A DNA stretch of 64,000 bases, taken from a virus. The position numbers were made by a program, and so were the translations under genes. Numbering within the stretch: the stretch's first letter is position 1; every line of letters starts with the position of its first letter. Below are positions 35,601 through 45,237 of the stretch, one piece after another. The notes beneath the pieces were generated by a model. That model ran no database searches. It was not told the origin of the DNA and saw only the letters and a list, made by a program, of their open reading frames with translations. The DNA lies in IMG/VR virus record IMGVR_UViG_3300025150_000004, positions 1 to 64,000 of that record. One strand, 5' to 3'.

Positions 35601-38042
35601 ATCCTGATGGCATCGTCAGCGTTCCAGTCAGCGTTCCTGCGGGGTCTGTTCGATGCCGATGGTTCCGTACAGGGGTCGCAGGCCAAGGGCGTCTCCGTCC
35701 GGCTGTCCTCCTCGAACCGGCAGCACCTCACGGTCGCCCAGCGGATGCTGATGCACTTCGGCATCAACTCGACCATCTACTGGAACCGTCGAGATGAGGG
35801 GACCCGCCTGATGCCTGACGGCAAAGGAGACATGGCCCCCTACGACTGCGAAGCTCAGCACGAACTGGTCGTGTCCAACGACAACATCGCCGTGTTCGCC
35901 GACCGGATCGGGTTCGATGACCCCGAGAAGAAGGCGACCCTTGCGTCCCTGAAGGGCGATTACAAGCGGTCCCTGAACCGGGAGCGGTTCGTGGCCGTGG
36001 TGGAGTCGGTGACCTACGTGGGCGTGGAGCCCGTGTTCGACGGGACCATCGAAGGCGTGCATCGGTTCGGGGCCAACGGGATCACGGTCCACAACTGCGG
36101 GGAGCAGTCGCTCGAACCGTTCGAATTGTGTGTGAGTTCCGACACTTACATTCAACACCGTCGAGGCGTCCAGAAGATTCGGGATCTCGTCGGAGAGTCA
36201 GTGGACATCTGGAACGGCGACGACTGGTCCACGGTCATCCCTCGTGTGACGGGTGAGGGGCGGGAACTGTTCCGGGTCCACCTGTCGGACGGCTCGTACC
36301 TCGACTGCACGGGTAACCACGGGTGGCACGTCAAGCCGACCGGAAAACGGGTGTTCCGCCGGGTCGAAACCTTGGCGCTCACCGAGGGAAGTCAGGTGGT
36401 GCCGTTCGACATCGACGCCCCCATCGAGGGGGAGGAGAACGGGGCTGCTTTTGAGTGGGGGTTGTTTGCTGGGGACGGGTTCCTGTCCACGTCCAACGGG
36501 CACACCTACCCGATGGTCGCTGTGTGCGGCGACAAGGCCAAGCTCATGGATCTCGATGTTCAGGGCACATGGTACAAGCCGCAGATCGTCGAGGGTTACA
36601 CCGACCCAGTCAACCGCCTTTCCCTGCAAGGGCTCATCCCCATGAACGTGGCGGAGTCCCTTCGGTCGAAGGACTGCGGTCTGGCCCCGGACATCTTTCG
36701 CATGAACCGGGAGTCTATCCTTGAGTTCGTGGCTGGGTGGATCGAGGCGGACGGCTCGATCACCAACAAGGGGTCTGGGGCGGAAGGGTTCCGTCTGTAC
36801 GGGTCCGAGGCCAAGCTCCGTGACACCCAACTTCTCCTACGTCGGGCGGGCATCAACCATGCCTCGCTTCGATTGTTCGCCGAGAGAGGAACCGAGACAA
36901 ACCTCGGCGTTCGGAACTACGACCTCTATTACCTCACGATCCCCAGCTACGAGTGCTGCGAGATCCCGACTCGGCTGAAGGTCATCGACTCGTTCGGCTC
37001 CCGTTACGCCACGAACAACGCTCATCCCGAGGGGATGCCCATCGACCGGGCACGGAAGCAGAAGGTGGTGCGGGTCGAGAAGCTGGAGGGCCTGCACACC
37101 ACCTACTGTTTCGACGAACCAGAGAACCACATGGGTGTGTTCGGGAACGTGCTGACCTACCAGTGCAACCTGGTGGAGACCTACCCGGCCCATCACACGG
37201 ATATCGAGGATTTCAAGGCCACCCTCAAGATGGCCTACCTCTACTCCAAGGCAGTCACGTTGGTTCCCTGCCACGAGCCCCGCTCCAATGCCGTGATGAT
37301 GCGGAATCGTCGCATCGGCTGCTCGATGTCGGGCATCGTCCAGGCCCGACAGAAGCTCGGTCACCGGGAGTTCGTCCGGTGGTGTGAAGAGGGGTACGAC
37401 TACATCAAAGATTTGGACCGCATCTACTCGGAGTGGCTCTGCGTCCCAAGGAGCATCAAGGTCACGACGGTCAAGCCCAGCGGGACGGTCTCCCTCCTGT
37501 GCGGGGCGACGCCGGGCATCCACTTCCCTCACAGCCAGTTCTACATCCGGCGCATCCGGGTGGCGAACACCGATCCCCTCGTCGAGGCCGCCAAGAAGGC
37601 GGGCTATCACGTCGAGCCCGACCGCTACGCCGATGACACGTCGGTCGTCTCGTTCCCCGTCGAGGAGAAGCACTTCTCCAAGGGGAAGAACGACGTGACC
37701 ATCTGGGAGCAGTTCACCCTGGCGGCGGCCCTCCAGCGGCACTGGGCGGACAACCAGGTGAGCGTCACCGTCACGTTCAGGCCGGACGAGGCTGAGGAGA
37801 TCGCCACCTGCCTCTCGACCTTCGAGGACCAGTTGAAGTCCATCTCCATGCTCCCGGCCAAGGAGCACGGGTATGAGCAGGCCCCCTACGAGGAGATCGA
37901 CGAGGCCACCTACGAGCGCATGGCGGCCCGCATCACCCCGCTGGACCTGTCCTCGGGCGACTTCCACGACAAGGAGGCCGAGGACAAGTTCTGCTCCAAC
38001 GACTCCTGCACGGTGGATTTCGCCAAGGTCAAGGCTCAGTAG
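32646..38042 (+). CDS. nrdJ: Class II (B12-dependent) ribonucleotide reductase with three inteins
   Basis: PPGRGLW, LQNC, GVGVG, GTNP|CGEQ, CNL and TVKPSGTVSLL motifs. Confidence 0.95.
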   Translation: MIYHPNPPTTDRKPRIFQLNPSFLERFLGQQPAWGPVGWFTFKRTYARRLCNCIEACSHPTEEFWQTCQRVVEGCFNIQKVWSRSMGVPWNESKAQKSAQDMFQRMWEFKFTPPGRGLWMMGTDLLFEKGSAALQNCSFVTTAQINEDFAFPFCFLMDMSMLGVGVGGDTRGAESVKVLPPKTTTDMLVVEDSREGWVELVRNVLNSFVHKSAFPLVVDYSKIRPRGAPIRGFGGIASGAAPLKKLVEGVTRLLLPQGMYTNFAKSDDTADSVRCLFEGNGKPYRITSSQIVDVFNYIGKCLPGNAWVMTVQGPRQVKELVGKKVDLVIDGKVYPMESEGFFQTGTKPVLKLVTDQGWELRLTEDHQVMLADGRWVAAGQLEPGVKVRLHDHQNFSWGGSGNEDDGYVLGLLVGDGSIRDTEWGELAMLFTWDQDAGSASVRKVTGEIVERMPHRADWQGWRYNGGDGRQMLSSKALTVLAAEYWIRKGAKTVNDRIERTSSDFYKGFLRGLLDADGSVSSDRRCITLSQSDRGMLLAVQRMFGRLGILSSVFWAGREDEYVLYIGGVDAQRCAERVGFGNTRKAAEIQANPWVRGPYQRSAVAVVKALIPDGDEPVYDVTVKDVHAFDANGFYVHNCVVAGGVRRTAEIMFGEPDDLVFLDLKSNADLLPLYERKAKLTEELRGAAEAGLPTAALEEQAAEVEAAIAAHPLNDRRWASNNSVFGHVGMDYTEIAKQIAENGEPGIFWIENARRFSRMGDPADNKDYRVMGTNPCVTGDTLVFTGKGPVRADKLVGRPFHAIVDGGAYRCEGFFQTGVKPVFLLQTKEGHSIRVTADHQILMATKVTRKKRYEAWVEAQDLEPGDKVVLNNVRTFESSTGDSAPLEWAGLGTAEEGWLFGNLLGDGHFHTERETATLQFWGSTKEAMLEIALRRIESLGGDPRYHQMRTGSEVADRDLVTTGSRRLWELAPEFGISHAKEIINDNILMASSAFQSAFLRGLFDADGSVQGSQAKGVSVRLSSSNRQHLTVAQRMLMHFGINSTIYWNRRDEGTRLMPDGKGDMAPYDCEAQHELVVSNDNIAVFADRIGFDDPEKKATLASLKGDYKRSLNRERFVAVVESVTYVGVEPVFDGTIEGVHRFGANGITVHNCGEQSLEPFELCVSSDTYIQHRRGVQKIRDLVGESVDIWNGDDWSTVIPRVTGEGRELFRVHLSDGSYLDCTGNHGWHVKPTGKRVFRRVETLALTEGSQVVPFDIDAPIEGEENGAAFEWGLFAGDGFLSTSNGHTYPMVAVCGDKAKLMDLDVQGTWYKPQIVEGYTDPVNRLSLQGLIPMNVAESLRSKDCGLAPDIFRMNRESILEFVAGWIEADGSITNKGSGAEGFRLYGSEAKLRDTQLLLRRAGINHASLRLFAERGTETNLGVRNYDLYYLTIPSYECCEIPTRLKVIDSFGSRYATNNAHPEGMPIDRARKQKVVRVEKLEGLHTTYCFDEPENHMGVFGNVLTYQCNLVETYPAHHTDIEDFKATLKMAYLYSKAVTLVPCHEPRSNAVMMRNRRIGCSMSGIVQARQKLGHREFVRWCEEGYDYIKDLDRIYSEWLCVPRSIKVTTVKPSGTVSLLCGATPGIHFPHSQFYIRRIRVANTDPLVEAAKKAGYHVEPDRYADDTSVVSFPVEEKHFSKGKNDVTIWEQFTLAAALQRHWADNQVSVTVTFRPDEAEEIATCLSTFEDQLKSISMLPAKEHGYEQAPYEEIDEATYERMAARITPLDLSSGDFHDKEAEDKFCSNDSCTVDFAKVKAQ
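33546..34556 (+). mobile_element. Intein 1 in NrdJ (LAGLIDADG)
   Basis: K|CL...TEDH...GLLDADG...VHN|C. Confidence 0.95.
34968..36095 (+). mobile_element. Intein 2 in NrdJ (LAGLIDADG)
   Basis: NP|CV...TADH...GLFDADG...VHN|C. Confidence 0.95.
36129..37163 (+). mobile_element. Intein 3 in NrdJ, C-terminal Gln type
   Basis: L|CV...TGNH...GWIEADG...LTYQ|CN. Confidence 0.9.
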
Positions 38043-38088
38043 CCGGGCTGCCCCTCCCCAAAGGGTAGTACAGGGGAGGAGGCCAGCC

Positions 38089-38607
38089 ATGGAAGCCCTT
38101 CTGACAATCGCCCTCGAAGGCAACTTCTACATCAAGCACGATAGCCTCTGGGTTCGGGCCGAGCCCAGAGACCTGGAGGTAGAGCCCGCTCTCAGGCGTC
38201 TCGAAGGGCGACAGGTTCGCCTCACCGTTGCCCACGTTCCACCGAACGGCATCGAGCCTGGGAGGTGGGGCGGGGGTTCCTGCCGCCTTGAAGTCGCCGG
38301 GGTCCCTTGTCCCGCAGGGCACCACAAAAATCCCGACCGAATGCTGGTGTTTACGGGCGAGGGTCTCCTCCAGAAAGAGGGGGAGGGGTGGGTTCTGCAC
38401 CAGTTCGACGGGAGTAAACTGGAGGTGCCACTCAACATGATGTGGTGTCACCATGGCCGCATCGTGGGGGCCACGACGGATGCCATCGAGCAGATGAAGG
38501 ACAAGCTCGCCACGATGGGGGCCGCAGAACAGGTGGAAGCACTCACGGGACAGGCCCAGAGCCTTCGGGAGATGCTCGATCAGGTCAAAAAGGCTGCGGG
38601 GAACTGA
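38089..38607 (+). CDS. Hypothetical protein
   Basis: GGAGG RBS. Confidence 0.65.
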   Translation: MEALLTIALEGNFYIKHDSLWVRAEPRDLEVEPALRRLEGRQVRLTVAHVPPNGIEPGRWGGGSCRLEVAGVPCPAGHHKNPDRMLVFTGEGLLQKEGEGWVLHQFDGSKLEVPLNMMWCHHGRIVGATTDAIEQMKDKLATMGAAEQVEALTGQAQSLREMLDQVKKAAGN

Positions 38608-40976
38608 TGGCGTCTGGTTCTTACTACGAGGGGCGGGTCCACACCGTCCTGTTCGACGATTCAGCGGAGGCGTTCTACATCCTCAAGGTCCGCCTTGATG
38701 ATGAGGCCAGCGGCCTCGCCGGGATGCCAGGGCTCGCCGAGCCGGTCACGGTTCGGGGGCACATCCCCGGGATCAAGGTCGAGGTGGGGTGCTGGTTGGG
38801 ATTCGAGGCGACCTGGACCAAGCACGAGAAGTACGGAAAACAGCTTCGGATCACCCGTGCCCCGGTCCTGAAGAACGGCTGGGACGCCGAGACCGCCGAA
38901 AGAATCCTGTCTTCCAACGGGGTGGGCCACCAGGTTTGCCGTCTGATCCGCCAGCACTTCGGCGACGACAAGTTCCTCGACGCCCTCGGCGATCCCAAGA
39001 AGCTCCGCAAGGTTCCCGGCCTGGCCAAGTTCTCCGCCACCCACGTCGCCGAGAGGTGGGCGGCCACCCGGACGTTCTTCCAGACCCTCGGGTTCCTCTC
39101 AGACCTGGGGCTCCCTCCTGGGAAGGTCCGGCAGGTGTGGCGAACGTTCGAGGACGAGGCCGAGAAGATCCTGTCCTCGAACCCATGGGAACTGGTCCGC
39201 ATCGAGGGCATCACCTTCTCCAACGCTGATGAGATCGCCCGGCGGCTGGGCCTGGACCTCACCCACCCGAACCGAATGCGTGGGGCGGTGTTGTATGCGG
39301 CCCAGACTTTCGGCAGCTTCGGCCACACGTACATGTCCACGGGTCATCTGTGGGGCCAGACGAGCACGCTCATTGGAGAACCGGACAAGCAGGCGTTCGC
39401 CGAGGCCCTCACGGCTCTCCACAAGGAGGGGCTCCTGGTCATCGACCGGACAACCAAGCCCGGAACGACCGCCATCTACGAGCCCTTCGCTCATCTGATG
39501 GAGAAGGAGGGGGCCGAGCGGCTCCTCGCTCGCCAGAAGACCGCAGCATTCGGGCCGGGCGGGATAGATGCCGCCGAGTACATGGGGAAGTTGGCTGGGT
39601 TCGGCCCCCTGACCGAAGGGGCCGCCTCGGGTGGAGACCTGGAGGCGACCGTGAAGGCCGCCGTTCGGGAGTGGGGGCACCAATCGTCCATCGATCTTTC
39701 CCCACGGCAACGCCAGGGAGTCGTAAATGCCCTCCTCCACCCGGTCAGCGTTCTCACCGGACTTCCTGGGACGGGGAAGACCACCAGTCTGAAGGCGGCC
39801 GTGGGCATTCTTCAGGACGCCGAGGTCCGGTTCCTCCTCTGTGCCCCGACCGGCATCGCCGCCAAGCGGTTGTCCGCCCTCACGGGGTCGAAGGCGTACA
39901 CCATCCACCGGGCCTTCTCGGCAAAGGGGAAGTCGGACGATGGCCGAGAGGCCACCTACGCTGGGATCGTCGGGGAGACCAAGAGGGCGAGCAAGTCGGG
40001 AGAGGACCAGTCTGACTGGGGGTTCAGTCAAGAGCACCCTCATCCGGCCCAGGTGGTCATCGTGGACGAAGCCTCGATGATCGACCAGCACCTTCTGTTC
40101 CGGCTGCTCGACTGCACCGCCCCCACCTGCCGGATCGTGTTCGTCGGAGACGCTGCACAGCTTCCTTCGGTTGGCCCGGGGAACGTGCTACGGGAGATGA
40201 TCTCCAGTGGCCTGTTTCCGGTCACCAAGCTCACGACCATTTTCCGCCAAGAGGACACCTCGGACATCGTCTTTGCCGCCCACGACATCCACAAGGGCGA
40301 GGTCCCCGATGTATCCAACCCGAAGAGCGACTTCGTCCTCATCCACGTCGAGGACGAGGACAAGGTGCTCGGGACCATCTGCAAGCTGGCAGAGCGTCTC
40401 TACGAGAAGCGGACGGAGTTCCAGATTCTCTCCCCACGCCATGCTGGAACCGTGGGGGTCACCAAGCTCAACGAGCGTCTGCGGGAGCTTCTGAACCCCA
40501 AGGGGCCGGGCAAGGGGGAGGCTCGGGTCGGCAACGACTGGATGCGGGAGGACGACCGGGTGATGGTCGTCCAGAACGACTACAGCCTGGGGGTTTTCAA
40601 TGGGGACGTGGGCAAGATCAGCCGGGTCTCTCTCAAGGAGAAGGCCATCGAGGTCAAGGTCTTCGGGGAGACCCCCCTGTTCGTCCCCATCGAGTTCAAG
40701 AAGGCCATGAAGCTCATCCGGTTGGCCTACGCCTGCACGGTCCACAAGGCTCAGGGGCTCGAATACGACGTGATCGTGATGCCTGTGGTGGATTCTTTCA
40801 AGCACCAGTTGCAGCGGAACCTCCTGTACACGGCCGTCACCCGAGCCCGCAAGAAGGTCATCCTGGTCGGAACCACTTCGGCCCTCACGAAGGCGGTCCT
40901 CAACGCCCGGGAGGACGAGAGGAACACGTTGTTCCTTGACCGCCTGGGAGGGCTCAACACCGCTCCCGTGGGGTAG
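38607..40976 (+). CDS. recD2: RecD2-like SF1B helicase
   Basis: GLPGTGKT, APTGIAA, VDEASM, GDAAQLPSV, TVHKAQGLE and LYTAVTRA; N-terminal OB/HhH region. Confidence 0.95.
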   Translation: MASGSYYEGRVHTVLFDDSAEAFYILKVRLDDEASGLAGMPGLAEPVTVRGHIPGIKVEVGCWLGFEATWTKHEKYGKQLRITRAPVLKNGWDAETAERILSSNGVGHQVCRLIRQHFGDDKFLDALGDPKKLRKVPGLAKFSATHVAERWAATRTFFQTLGFLSDLGLPPGKVRQVWRTFEDEAEKILSSNPWELVRIEGITFSNADEIARRLGLDLTHPNRMRGAVLYAAQTFGSFGHTYMSTGHLWGQTSTLIGEPDKQAFAEALTALHKEGLLVIDRTTKPGTTAIYEPFAHLMEKEGAERLLARQKTAAFGPGGIDAAEYMGKLAGFGPLTEGAASGGDLEATVKAAVREWGHQSSIDLSPRQRQGVVNALLHPVSVLTGLPGTGKTTSLKAAVGILQDAEVRFLLCAPTGIAAKRLSALTGSKAYTIHRAFSAKGKSDDGREATYAGIVGETKRASKSGEDQSDWGFSQEHPHPAQVVIVDEASMIDQHLLFRLLDCTAPTCRIVFVGDAAQLPSVGPGNVLREMISSGLFPVTKLTTIFRQEDTSDIVFAAHDIHKGEVPDVSNPKSDFVLIHVEDEDKVLGTICKLAERLYEKRTEFQILSPRHAGTVGVTKLNERLRELLNPKGPGKGEARVGNDWMREDDRVMVVQNDYSLGVFNGDVGKISRVSLKEKAIEVKVFGETPLFVPIEFKKAMKLIRLAYACTVHKAQGLEYDVIVMPVVDSFKHQLQRNLLYTAVTRARKKVILVGTTSALTKAVLNAREDERNTLFLDRLGGLNTAPVG

Positions 40977-41012
40977 AAGTGGGCATCAAGCCGCCCGTCG
41001 CAGGGCTGGGAG

Positions 41013-41399
41013 ATGGATATGACCAGGGACGAAAAGAAGGCGGTCATCAAGCAAGTGCGGGACCGGCTCAAGATCACCAAGGTCATCTGCACCCGTTCCG
41101 TGAAGGGCCGGGGCGGTGACCACTTCGTCGGGTTCTCGGCTGCCTGGGATTCCGTGCAGGACGATGGTAGCCGGGGATTGGCCTCCATGCCGTCCGAGGC
41201 CGACTTCGCCGCCAGCGGGATGACCTTGAAGGAAGCCAAGATCGCCGCTTACCTGCTAGGGATGCAGGTGGACCAGACGGCCTTCGAGAACGCAGCCGCA
41301 GGGTCCATCATCACGAAGGGCGAGGCCGACAGGGCATGTACAGCCGTGGCTCACAACTACGGCAAGCTGATGGCTGCCCTCTTGGGCGGCGAGGAGTAG
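41013..41399 (+). CDS. Hypothetical protein
   Basis: Codon bias; operon position. Confidence 0.65.
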   Translation: MDMTRDEKKAVIKQVRDRLKITKVICTRSVKGRGGDHFVGFSAAWDSVQDDGSRGLASMPSEADFAASGMTLKEAKIAAYLLGMQVDQTAFENAAAGSIITKGEADRACTAVAHNYGKLMAALLGGEE

Positions 41400-41406
41400 A
41401 AGGCCC

Positions 41407-42333
41407 ATGAGCCAGCCAAAGCCCCAGCAGCAGGCCCAGACGTTGTTCAAGGATACGTCGGATGCCCTGCTGTCCAACGACGAGGTGGATGCCATCTACG
41501 TCCGCCTGGAGGGGCTCAGGGTTGCGCTGGACTCCGACCCCCTCGCCTTCGGACCAAAGCGGTTGCAGGAGAAGACGGCCCTGTGCCGCAAGCACCTCAC
41601 CGAGGTCGAGGGGATTTTCCTCGACGTGAGCCGAAGACTCCATCACCTCAAGCGGGATCTCCGGGCCAAGCAGTCAGCCCTCGAACTGGCAACCAAGTTC
41701 CTGTTCGCCGAGGACCCCGAGGTCCGGGCTGGTCGGAACATCTCTGACCGGGATGCTTACGCTGCCATCAAGCTCAAGCCCGAGTGGCTGGAGGTCCACA
41801 AGCTGGAGCAGCAGGTCTCCGACATGGATGCCGTGCTCCTGGTCATCAAGGCCAAGCGCTCGGATCTGCGAGACACCCAAGGCCGTTTGCGGGACCAGGT
41901 TCGCCTCTGCGCCACGGAGCTTGAGCTTGGGGGCCGGTGGGGAACCAGGAGACCAGGTGCCCCGGAACTGGAGCCCGGCCAGGGGGTGGCCACCGGCGAT
42001 GACGCCCAGGATGTTGTCAACCTCATTCAGGAGATGGGCGGAGAAGGTGAAATCCACCTCGGAGCCATCTCTGATGACGACTCCGAGGATGATGAGGTGG
42101 AGACCCCTCCTGAAGAGTCCCCGGCCGAGGAGCCCCTTTCGGAGGATCCTCTGCTCTCGGCGACGACCGGGGGAGAGGCCAAGACGGCGGCCGAGGTGCT
42201 GCCTGGAAATGGAACGTCCGGGGACGAGATCGACCGTGCCCTGGCCGCAGTAGAGGTCCCGAAGCCCAAGGGTGGCACCGGCTCCCCCTTCACGGACCAG
42301 AACCTCGATTCCCTACTCGAAATGTTCGAGTAG
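41407..42333 (+). CDS. Coiled-coil protein with acidic tail (possible recombination mediator)
   Basis: Helical N-half; acidic C-tail; precedes SSB/RuvC/RecA. Confidence 0.55.
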   Translation: MSQPKPQQQAQTLFKDTSDALLSNDEVDAIYVRLEGLRVALDSDPLAFGPKRLQEKTALCRKHLTEVEGIFLDVSRRLHHLKRDLRAKQSALELATKFLFAEDPEVRAGRNISDRDAYAAIKLKPEWLEVHKLEQQVSDMDAVLLVIKAKRSDLRDTQGRLRDQVRLCATELELGGRWGTRRPGAPELEPGQGVATGDDAQDVVNLIQEMGGEGEIHLGAISDDDSEDDEVETPPEESPAEEPLSEDPLLSATTGGEAKTAAEVLPGNGTSGDEIDRALAAVEVPKPKGGTGSPFTDQNLDSLLEMFE

Positions 42334-42434
42334 GGTGGTTCGATTTTGTGAGGGGTGGAGTAGATAGGTTCCAGAGCGGGCACTTGTCCTGAAACCCCAA
42401 CGTACTGACTCATGACCCGCCAAGGAGAGACGAG

Positions 42435-43172
42435 ATGAGCAACGCAGGAGCATTCGTCGAGTTCGGCTTCGGCCAGAACGACGACAACGTCGGCAGCAAG
42501 ACCGAGAAGTTCAAGGGTGAGACGGGAGGCAACTACCGCCTGTCCTTCGCCTGGTGGCCCGGCTTCGAGAAGGGCACTCTGGACATGGACGCCCAGACCC
42601 CGAAGTTCGGCCGTGCGAAGCGGTTCTACTTCGAGGGCGTGGGCTACGTCATCGACGGCGGCCCGGAGTTCACGAAGCTCGCCGGGAGCCCGTCCCGCCT
42701 GTCCATCGGGACCATCGTGGTCCAGTGGCCGACGAAGAAGGACGGCAGCATCGACATGCAGCGGGTGCAGGAACTCGACTTCAAGGTGCTGCCCTGGATC
42801 TTCAGCGAGGACAAGTACACGGCCATCGCTCCGATCCACCGGGAGTTCCCGCTCGGGCAGCACGACCTCACGGTCAACTGCTCGGACTCGAAGTTCCAGA
42901 AGATGACGTTCGGTCCGTGCAAGGACAGCCTGCTCCGCAAGCTCAAGGACTCCGACAAGGACACGGCCAAGAAGGTCGTGGAGCACATCATCGAGCGGGT
43001 GCAGGCCATCGCCGCCGACCTCCCCAACGACATCGGGCGGGAGATGAGCATCAACAAGCTGCGGGAGAAGCTCGCCGGGGGTGGCGGCAGCGCCACCGGC
43101 AACGCAGCGGCAGCGACCGGAGCGGCGGCCACGGCCGACATCGACGGCCTCGTGGACAACATCCTCGACTGA
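42435..43172 (+). CDS. Putative single-stranded DNA-binding protein (gp32-like)
   Basis: Aromatic beta-rich core; Gly/Ala linker; acidic-hydrophobic tail DIDGLVDNILD; strong codon bias. Confidence 0.6.
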   Translation: MSNAGAFVEFGFGQNDDNVGSKTEKFKGETGGNYRLSFAWWPGFEKGTLDMDAQTPKFGRAKRFYFEGVGYVIDGGPEFTKLAGSPSRLSIGTIVVQWPTKKDGSIDMQRVQELDFKVLPWIFSEDKYTAIAPIHREFPLGQHDLTVNCSDSKFQKMTFGPCKDSLLRKLKDSDKDTAKKVVEHIIERVQAIAADLPNDIGREMSINKLREKLAGGGGSATGNAAAATGAAATADIDGLVDNILD

Positions 43173-43269
43173 TCGCATGGCGGGGCGGGAACCGGGTCCT
43201 TTGGGCTGGGGCCTCGGGGAACGGTTCCCGTTCCCGCCTCCGAACTTCTTGCGCTGCGGGGTTGGCTGA

Positions 43270-43959
43270 ATGCGTGTCCTCGGCTTCGACCCCTCCCTCA
43301 CCAGCTTTGGCTGGGCCTTCCACGACACGGACGGAACCGGCCCCGCCCGGTGCATCGAGCGGGGACGGTTCAAGACTTCCTCCAAGACCCTCTTCGTCGC
43401 CAGGTACATCGACCTTCGGGACCGGGTTCGGACGCTGATTCAGCGTCTACAACCTGATGCCATGGCCTCGGAGTCCTCGGTGTATGGGGAGATGTACTCC
43501 GAGGGCATGTACGGCCTGTTCCTGTACGTCTGCGAGGCGTGTTACCTGGAACGAAAGAACCTCGTCCTGTTCACCCCGCCCCAGTTGAAAGCCCACGCTC
43601 GGGAGAGCCTGGGTCGCCCCAAGGTTGGTGGTCGTCTGTGGACGATGCACAAGGGGGACATGGCCGAGGCAGCCCGGGACCACTGTGGTGGGAAAGGTTC
43701 CGTCTGGAACGCCGATGAGGCTGATGCCTACTGGGCCGCCGTGGCTGGGGGGAGGTTCTGGTTACGGCTCCAAGGGGTATTGGAAGACGATGATCTAACC
43801 CCCGTGGAGAGGCAGCATTTCAGCCGCATCCACACGTTCCAGCGGGGGAAACGGGCCGGGGAGACCGAGAAGTCTGGGCTCCTCTACCGTGAGGACGAAC
43901 GCTACTTCATGTGGTCACAGGAGACCGACGATGGCAGCCAAGAAGAAGACGAAGGGTAA
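43270..43959 (+). CDS. ruvC: RuvC-like Holliday junction resolvase
   Basis: VLGFDPSL..FGWA, E and DEADA motifs. Confidence 0.8.
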   Translation: MRVLGFDPSLTSFGWAFHDTDGTGPARCIERGRFKTSSKTLFVARYIDLRDRVRTLIQRLQPDAMASESSVYGEMYSEGMYGLFLYVCEACYLERKNLVLFTPPQLKAHARESLGRPKVGGRLWTMHKGDMAEAARDHCGGKGSVWNADEADAYWAAVAGGRFWLRLQGVLEDDDLTPVERQHFSRIHTFQRGKRAGETEKSGLLYREDERYFMWSQETDDGSQEEDEG

Positions 43960-45211
43960 GGAGGCCACGTCGGCCCCCAACGCTCTCATGAAGGCCCGTG
44001 CGGCCGTCACCAAGGTTCTGAAGGACGACGACCCCGGCATCGACGTGGACAACGCCGCCCTGAAGAAGTCGAGGCCCTACATCCCCACCGGGTCCATCGC
44101 CCTCGACTACCTCATCGGTGGACGGCTCAACCGCAACGGCATCGCCCCGTGCCCCGGGTGGCCCAAGGGTGGGGTCAGTCAGATCTACGGGCACGAGTCC
44201 TCGGGCAAGACGACGGTGGCTCTGATGGCCGCCAAGGCCGTGTGCGCCGCCGGTGGGATGGTCTGTTTCATCGACTGGGAGCACGCCCTGGATCTGTCCT
44301 ACGCCCGTGCGCTCGGGGTCCCCGTGGACAACCCGGCGAAGTTCTATCTCACCCAGCCGAACACCCTGGAGGAGGGGATGAAGGTGCTGTGGGCCTGCGG
44401 GGCTCAGGGCGTGGACCTCATCATCCTCGACTCCATCTCCGCCGGTGTCCCACAGGAGATTTTCGGCCAGAAGCTCGAAGACCAGGGGAACATCGGACGG
44501 GTCGGTCTCCAGGCCGCCAAGTGGTCCACGTTCCTCCCGAAGGTGGCTTCGCTGGTGAGCAAGACCGGCTCCCACGTCATGGGGCTGTCTCAGCTTCGCA
44601 AGAAGATCAACACCTCCGGCTACGGCGGCGATGGGACCACGGCTTCCGGCGGGGAGGCGTGGAAGTTCTACGCCCAGGTCCGTATGAAGTTCCAGCGGGT
44701 CCAGTCCGAGAAGGGCAAGGTCTACAGCGCCCTGAGCCACAAGATGGAGGAGCAGGTCGTCTCGTCCATCATCAAGGCGAAGATCGACAAGTCCAAGGTC
44801 TCCGGCTCCCAGCAGCACACCGGCACGTTCTACGTGGTGTTCGGTGAGGGCATCGACGACCTCCGCACCTGCATCGAGGTGGCCACGGCCCACGGCAAGG
44901 TCAACAAGGGGGGTGCCTGGTACACGTTCGAGCGGGAGAACGGTACGACCATCAAGTCCCAGGGCCTCGTGGCGTTCAAGAACGACCTGCTCCAGGCCCC
45001 GGGGGCCATCGCCGAGATCACCAAGCTGGCTATGACCGCCTTGCAGGCGGCGGGCGGAACCCTCCCCGAGATCGCCGAGGAGGACCAGGACGCCATCGAT
45101 CTGGCCCAGATCGTGGACGGCATCGAGGTGGACATGGATGCACTGCTCGCCGACGACGGGACCAACCCTCCGTCTGACGGCGACGATGAGGCCGCTGACG
45201 ACGGCGAGTAA
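43931..45211 (+). CDS. recA: RecA recombinase
   Basis: IPTGSIALD, GHESSGKTT, FIDWEHALD, ILDS, QLR and GGEAWKFYA motifs. Confidence 0.95.
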   Translation: MAAKKKTKGKEATSAPNALMKARAAVTKVLKDDDPGIDVDNAALKKSRPYIPTGSIALDYLIGGRLNRNGIAPCPGWPKGGVSQIYGHESSGKTTVALMAAKAVCAAGGMVCFIDWEHALDLSYARALGVPVDNPAKFYLTQPNTLEEGMKVLWACGAQGVDLIILDSISAGVPQEIFGQKLEDQGNIGRVGLQAAKWSTFLPKVASLVSKTGSHVMGLSQLRKKINTSGYGGDGTTASGGEAWKFYAQVRMKFQRVQSEKGKVYSALSHKMEEQVVSSIIKAKIDKSKVSGSQQHTGTFYVVFGEGIDDLRTCIEVATAHGKVNKGGAWYTFERENGTTIKSQGLVAFKNDLLQAPGAIAEITKLAMTALQAAGGTLPEIAEEDQDAIDLAQIVDGIEVDMDALLADDGTNPPSDGDDEAADDGE

Positions 45212-45237
45212 AGTAACCGCCACCGGAGGTGATCCGC

